Part shown: piece after piece, positions 31,956 to 38,430 of the stretch
Layout: each line of letters begins with the position of its first letter
Position numbering within the stretch: the stretch's first letter is position 1
NCBI GenBank assembly: GCA_032718475.1
Contig: JAUCBJ010001350.1
Coordinates: 1-38,430, forward strand
Direction of reading: 5' to 3'
DNA length: 38,430 nt
Origin: Nemertoderma westbladi
Lineage: Eukaryota > Animalia > Xenacoelomorpha
Translations under genes and position numbers: made by a program
Notes under the pieces: generated by a model
What the model was told of the DNA's origin: nothing
Databases searched by the model: none
Seen by the model: only the letters and a program-made list of their open reading frames with translations

Positions 31956-33899
31956 ATTGTATTTATTAATTAATAAGTCAGTTATTACCCAACCAGCAGT
32001 TATTTTCCCGCGTAACTATTTCACACCGACATGGTTAATTTCATTTCATTTCATCATCCGGCTTTAAATGCCACCGGCGGCTTTAATGTTAAACTTAAAA
32101 TGTTAAAAACAATAACCTGCAGACAAAACGCGCACAGATACTGTATATGGTAGGATACCGTAATATAAGCGTTTTAAAAGCATAATTTAATAAACATTAA
32201 TATATATTAAAGATAAAATATAAGACCATTATTTAAGACACGCTGATATACCGAAGACCCGACAACAAACCCTACCCACTGCGACTGCACCAGCCGCATT
32301 AAATCAAATGCCACAGCCGCTAGCGCCAGCCTACTCCGACTCCCAACCCGCCTAGGCAACATCGGTCTTTTACACAGGGCGAGAAACAGGGACACGCGAG
32401 CGCCAGTTCTCGCTATTAATAACAAATCTAAGAGGGATTTGTTGGTGGGGCAGGTCATAAAAAAGGGACTTGGTGTTTTGGGGAATAATAATTATCTACA
32501 TTTTTAAAATAACTATTTGTTTTAACGGCAATGAATATATTTCTGAATATTATTTGAAGGCGACCCTAAGGCAATATAAGTAATTTTATAGCAATTTGAG
32601 CAATTTACTGCAGTGTTTCTGAAACGTTGTTAAGAGGCGTCTAGGCCTACTGTCTATTTTGTGAAAGTTATGTTTATGTCACCGGCAATCACATTATTCG
32701 TAAATGGAATTCGCTTCCACTTCCTTTCACTTACCAATTCGCTACCACCTGCACTGAATTTAATGACTTGGTTGCAGCTGCATCAACCTCGTGATGTGCA
32801 AATAGTAAAAATAAATAGTATTTCGACATCCGCCAATATTTGGTATAAAAACTAGTAGCTACAGCATGACCTACTATAGATACGACCCGCCAAGCTTCTA
32901 AAGCAAAGCCCCTAAATTTAGTGGGCCAGTTATTTCTTTTGGATAGAACCCCTAAAACAATAGGTCTAGCGCGTCGAAAGTACTTGTATGTACTAAAAGT
33001 ATGTTCTCTTTCAGATGAAAAAAAAAATGTAATAGCTCCAGTAGTTTTCGAGATATGAGGGAGGAGTTCCTGGCACCCATACCATATCAGAACTTTTCGG
33101 AGTTGATAAAATTACTCAAAATACATCACCCTTCAAGACTTCGGTATAACCATTAAACTATATTATTATGCTTTTTTGGTTAGTCGAAATAATTATTAGT
33201 AATCGAAAGCGAAATAAGTATAAAATCTTCATTGTTTATTTAATAATAGACACCAAAAGAGCACCAAAATTACAAGTAGCTCGAAATTTTCAAATAGCCA
33301 AAAGTGGTAATTTGGCCGTATAGTTTGGCTACTGAGGTTTTATAATGTGCTGATTTCATTGGCAAGGTTTATTAAATTGTGGTATTTTAAAAAATGGACA
33401 ATGTGTCAGTCGAAAATTAAAAGTACCAGCCCAGTGCACTTCTATTTCAGTACTACAGTACTCTGGTATGTATGAATTATTCAGTATGTGGTATTTGCAT
33501 TGCACTGCACTACAACTGCGTTAGGCATTACATTTCTGCTGAGTGCTGACTGAATTATGCTGTTACTGTGTTAGGCATCAATGCCATATATCATTATTAC
33601 ACTACCTGTGTTTATTTGACTATTTATTATCACCTCTACACGACGGACAGGCTGGCAGCCACGGGGGCTTAATCTTGGTCTGGACATAGTATCTGAATGT
33701 ATATGCAGGCCGTAACAGTTATAGTTGGAAAGTGCTGTGTGTATGGATGCCGCTTGCGCGCTCGGTCTACAGTGGCAGTTAGTTCGACTAGTCAGTTAGT
33801 AAAACCAAAAAGCAAACAGTCGGCCGAAGCCGGAGGCGACTCGAAGTTGAAGGCTCCTCTTTTGATAGCTGCTACCCGAGGGTAGGGGTGGGCGCTACT

Positions 33900-34042
33900 C
33901 CTATCCCAAGATTTGCTCCCAGTTATTTAACTGGTACTCATTTTATCGACCCCAGTGGATCAAAGGCTGAGCTGGTCTGGGGGGGCTGAACCTACAACCA
34001 ATAGATTGCAGGCCTGGCGCTCAACCAACTGTGCTACCCCGC
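33900..34042 (-). mobile_element. tRNA-derived SINE, second copy (may extend further left)
   Basis: Reverse complement of 27205-27348 with few differences. Confidence 0.8.
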
Positions 34043-34315
34043 TTTTCAGTCAGTTAGTATCTATTGATAAAAAAAATGAAAATTTTGCTTCTAATCTTGC
34101 TTTCGATTACTAATAATGAATTCAACAAACCAAAAAAGCATAGTATGGTTTCATGGCTATACCAAAGTCTTTGAAGGAAGGGATATATATTTTATGTAAT
34201 TTTATCAATTCCGAAAGGTGTTGATATGGTATGGGTGCCAGGAACTCCTCATAACTCGAAAACTACTGGAGCTATTCAATTTTTATTTGTCTCATCTGAA
34301 AGAGGACATAATTTT

Positions 34316-35460
34316 GGATCTAGGACACTTCCCCCCGGATAGTTCCCCCCCGGACACTTCCCCCCCGGGCACTTCCCCCCGGACACTTGCCCCCCGGACA
34401 CTTCCCCCCCAGTTAAAGTGTTAAAATTAATCTGGGTGGATCAAAGCAATAAACAAAAGTTAAAGATGGTTACAGGACAAGTTGTATCTAGACAAGTTTT
34501 TTCAAAATTATTAAAGAAACATGTTTATAGTCAAATTTTGTTTGTTTTTCTTTTAATTGGGGGCTGCCGCTTCTTTTGTTGGAGGCTGCCGCCCCCAAAC
34601 CCCTACTTCTTTTCTTGGGGGCTGCCGCCCCCAAACCCCCGCTTCTTTTGTTGGGGGCTGCCGCCCCCAAACCCCCGCTTCTTTTCTTGGGGGCTTCCGC
34701 CCCCAAACCCCCGCTTCTTTTCTTGGGGGCTGCCGCCCCCAAACCCCCGCTTCTTTTGTTCGGGGCTGCTGCCCCCAAACCCCGGCATTTCCCTGTGTGC
34801 GTGTGGTGAAAGACTTTGAGACCGTTTTGAAATAATCAATTCATGTTTGTATCATCAGATAATAAATTGAATAAGCCTAACGTAGGAGCTGTATTGAATG
34901 TTAACCAAATTAATATATAAATTACTGCAATATTATATAATTCAACAAAATCCTATTAAAAATATTGCAAGTAACCAGGAAATATGTATATCAATATGTA
35001 ATGCTGAACACAGAATACAGGTCGACGCATGTCGATTTTTCCCTGGAGAGGTATAATTTTGATTGCATCAATAATATTCATCCCCATCTGCTACAATTTG
35101 AAGAAGACTATTACATAATAATACCTATAATTAAAACAATTAATTATTATAGTTCTATAGTTAATAAAAACAGTATATCATTTTAGGGGGATGGAATTTA
35201 TAGGTCATCTAATTAATCGTTTAAAGATTAGCAAACAATACGATGTAATTGCATTGATAAAACCCATAAATAAAACTTGGATATAAAATGTAAAATCGGG
35301 ATGCAAAAGATCACTTTCTGAGCTACGAAAGGAAAATTGGGGAAAAATTGGGGGAAGTGTCTGGGGGGGAAGTGTCCGGGGGGGAAGTGTCCTACTTGAG
35401 CGGGGGGGGGGGGGCTGTCCGGGGGGGGGGAGTGTCCGTGGGGGGAAGTGTCCGAACACC
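34316..35460. mobile_element. Mutator-like (MULE) non-autonomous element
   Basis: 9-bp TSD CATAATTTT (34307-34315, 35461-35469), GG..CC termini, inverted subterminal arrays of GGACACTTCCCCCC. Confidence 0.85.
34557..34786. repeat. 36-bp GC-rich minisatellite (~5.5-6 units)
   Basis: TTGGGGGCTGCCGCCCCCAAACCCCCGCTTCTTTT(G/C) repeated. Confidence 0.92.
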
Positions 35461-35949
35461 CATAATTTTAGTTAGGGACAAGTACTTTCGACGCGCCATT
35501 GTTACAGGGGTTCTATCTATAAGAGAAATAACTGACCCACTAAATTTTGGGGCTTTGCAGCAACTTGGCGATGTCGTAACTATAGTAGGTAATGGCTACA
35601 GTAGAAAATAATTACTTAGCTACTTTGACCTTCACATAAAATTACTAGCTACCATGACTCATAATTTCATCCAGACAAATATATAATTGAGAATTAAATT
35701 ATATTTTGTATTTTTTTTTTACTAGCTAATAAATAGTTCTAGTTAACACAAAATCAAAATTACTAGCTACCATCTTACTGTCAGAAGGTCAAATATTTGT
35801 TCTAGAACAAAAAACCTCATAATAAAAGCCATTTTTACAAGAAAAAAGACGGTCAAATTTTTTTTCAATTTTTCAATTGTAATTCTTTTCACTCCTCCCT
35901 CCCTCAGCAGGCAGCATTTTCTTTCGAAAATTACCAAAGAGAGATTATA

Positions 35950-36806
35950 TTATGCCCTAGAGAACGCCGGCTTACTCAATGAAGTGTCGGATCCGAAAAC
36001 ACATCATAGCGACGCGCTCTTTACTAACGGTTCTGCTAGCGGAGCCAACGCAGTTCCTTTAGGCCCGGCACCATCGACAAACATGGCAACCATTATACGA
36101 GACACAATTCGAAAGGAACTAGCTGGCGTTAAAAATTAAATAACCGACGTAAATAAAAAAAACTTGATAAATTAGGGGGTCTACGAACAAAGGTAGGATC
36201 GCTAAATACCACTGTAGAGTCACTAAAGAAAGAAAAGCAGAAAGCAGAAGGCTGCAAAGAGGCAATTTCCAAACAGCAACGGCAACTTGAAATGTACGAC
36301 AACGATCGGAGAGCTAAGAATATCATATCAAGAATATCCCGGAATCAGCCAGTTTGCAAACCGACCGTGAGTTTTCTGACAATGTTCTTCAAACTGCTGG
36401 TTTGGTTAATGCCAGTAATATCTCATTTAGACGACTAGGAAAACCAGTTTTGGTCAGTTCTGGTGCTAACGGCAGTATCACTCATTCAACTAATCTAACC
36501 GAAGGATCCACCCAGTCATCTAGACCCCGCCCGGTAATGGTTGAGCTGGAGTCCCGCTACGTCCGGGACAAAGTGCTCAAGGGGGCTTCAGCGTTGTCCA
36601 AAGCCGGTCCTGAGTACAAGAAAGTCTTCATCAAACGGGATGTGAATCCAAAGGTATTAGAAGCCGATCAGAAACTTGTTTCCATACTACAAACAGAAAA
36701 GACAAAAACATCTAATGTAGGAGCAAATATGTATATTAATTGGAAATCCAGGAGCGTGATGAGAGATGATACCGTTCTATTTCGTGAAAACAATCTGGGT
36801 TTTTAA
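35950..36806 (+). pseudogene. Degraded LINE ORF1 (coiled coil plus RRM/Tnp22-like region)
   Basis: RAKNII, ISFRRLGK, RPRPVMVEL, RDKVLK.A..L and KVFIKRD motifs typical of LINE ORF1p; stops and frameshifts upstream. Confidence 0.75.
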
Positions 36807-36809
36807 ATC

Positions 36810-38430
36810 GACTCCGTCATATTGAATGGTCGTAAAGTCAACAATCATGTGTATCAGTCCGGGTTAACTTTTATAATTAAAGACGTTTGGAAGTCTACAA
36901 TCGACTATGTCATAGCTCCAAAATCTCATGTAACAGGTCCTAACAATAAAATTTTGTCATTGAGAATATGGAACAATGTAGTTTTACCATCAGACCACGC
37001 ACCTATCAGCGTTACAGTCAGAGTCGATGAACTTCCGGCGCAAATTTTGGTCATCGCGCCAATCAGCTTAATGATGATTACCTGCAATACTCTTCTTATC
37101 AGAACGTACAACCCAAACGGTTATTCCCTAACGAGCGCAATCTGGCGACTTTCCAACTACACATGCTTACCAACAACTCTCAGCAGTTATCCCCTAGTGT
37201 TTGTAGCAACTTGGATTCTATATGTCAAGAGTTTTGCTCGTCAATTCGCGACGCGGCTAAACATACACACACAGGCAATAATTACTAATTCTTGCAATAC
37301 TCCTGGCTGTGCTGGTAATTCCGATTCAAGTAATTGGGGCACCAATAGATGGAAAAGACTGATAGAAAACAACGATTCAAAAGGGCTGTGGTCTCCTATT
37401 AACTGAAATGGCGACATAACTGGCATGGCCAAGAAGTCACCGCCAGTCCATCAGATGAGGAATTCCATCAACATTATAGCTCACTGTTGAATCATCCATC
37501 ATCCATATTACAACAAATTTGTCGATACCGACAATATATTAGATGAAGAGATATCAATTAACGAAGTGGCAGCTGCTGCTTCAAAATTGAGTTCACGTAA
37601 GGCTTCAGGGCCAGATGGTCTTTCTGCAGATTACATTAAAGCGCTCCCACTTAATTGGTTAATTTCAAATAACTCTGCTATTTAATTTAGTTTTTAATTC
37701 AGGAATCTACCCAGCAATGTGGGCCCACGCTATACACAAGGCTGCCGTTTCTTACAAACTAACTACAGAGGCATAAGTATAATGAACTGCTTACCAAGGC
37801 TTTTTGACACGGTGCTCACTAGACTCCATTCATGGTATAAACCGCTCCCAGAACAGGCTGAGGTAAGTAAAGGGCGTGGTTGCATTGAACAGATCCTAGC
37901 TATTCGTATTCTGTGTGATTATGCAAAAAAGTATAAGAAAATCCTCTATATTACATTCGTGGACTATGAGAAAGCACACGACAACGTCAAGAGGACGACC
38001 TTCATGTTCCAAACATTAAAAAGTTTAGGATGTGGTAATACGATGCTCAGCTGCCTCCAAGCGATGTACAAGTTAACTATTGCCAATATTTGTATCTGTC
38101 CAATATATCTTCGTGTAATTTGTAACGGTAAACCAGGAAGCGGTTTCCTATTTGTAATTGTAATAGATTTTTTTTGTACGAGCACTACGAAATCTACCAT
38201 GGGACGATTGGTTGAAAAAGCTTCATAGCATTTTACTGATGGATGACACAGCCATATTCGGTACAACCAGAGATAAATAATTGAGAAATTAAACGTTCTG
38301 AAAGTCTTTTGCTCCCAGTCTGGAATGATTATATAATAAATATCAAAAAACCTAAATTTATAGTTATAAATGGAAATGACTGTGACAAGTGTGTATTTTC
38401 CATCGGAAACATGTTATATTAGTGATGGAC
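36810..38430 (+). pseudogene. Degraded LINE ORF2 (end of APE endonuclease plus reverse transcriptase)
   Basis: STIDYVI, SDHAPI, KASGPDG, NYRGISI, EQA...GRGCIEQI, FVDYEKAHD.V.R, LLMDDT. Many disruptions; the N-terminal part of the endonuclease is missing. Confidence 0.85.

Larger units (their letters stand above)
32860..35600. mobile_element. Non-autonomous DNA transposon with ~370-bp TIRs, hosting a SINE and a Mutator-like insertion
   Basis: 32860-33232 is the reverse complement of 34075-34315 joined to 35470-35600 (e.g. gaggagttcctggcacccataccatatc and gcgcgtcgaaagtacttgt). Exact ends are uncertain. Confidence 0.8.

Noticed and set aside
32260-32410. GC-richer patch as promoter or first exon of the TNIP2-like gene
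   Set aside because: Plausible position, but no strong splice donor or core promoter motif could be identified without transcript data.
34418-34839. Overlapping Pro/Gly-rich ORFs
   Set aside because: Artefacts of the 36-bp GC-rich repeat.

Overview
AT-rich eukaryotic (apparently invertebrate animal) DNA made mostly of nested transposable elements around one host gene. (1) 850-16487: a 15.6-kb minus-strand BEL/Pao LTR retrotransposon with ~1.17-kb LTRs (~99% identical by manual count) and a CATAG target-site duplication (TSD). Its gag-pol is broken and its integrase core is deleted. It has no tRNA-type PBS, but a possible self-priming 12-mer sits in that position, and an intact 565-aa zinc-knuckle ORF lies in the env position. 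(2) A three-coding-exon minus-strand gene (30495-30376, 20421-20092, 19799-19317) encoding a TNIP2/ABIN-2/CEP55-like EABR+UBAN coiled-coil protein. (3) In its ~10-kb intron, a 5.65-kb DNA transposon (21495-27149; TAC..GTA ends, 6-bp AATTGG TSD, IS3EU-like) with an intact DDE transposase facing a HECT E3 ubiquitin ligase ORF whose catalytic-Cys end is one frameshift away. (4) MITEs (Merlin-, Mutator-, Tc1/mariner-, hAT-like), two tRNA-derived SINE copies, 34-bp and 36-bp minisatellites and degraded LINE fragments. All family assignments come from motifs recognised by eye; no database search was run.
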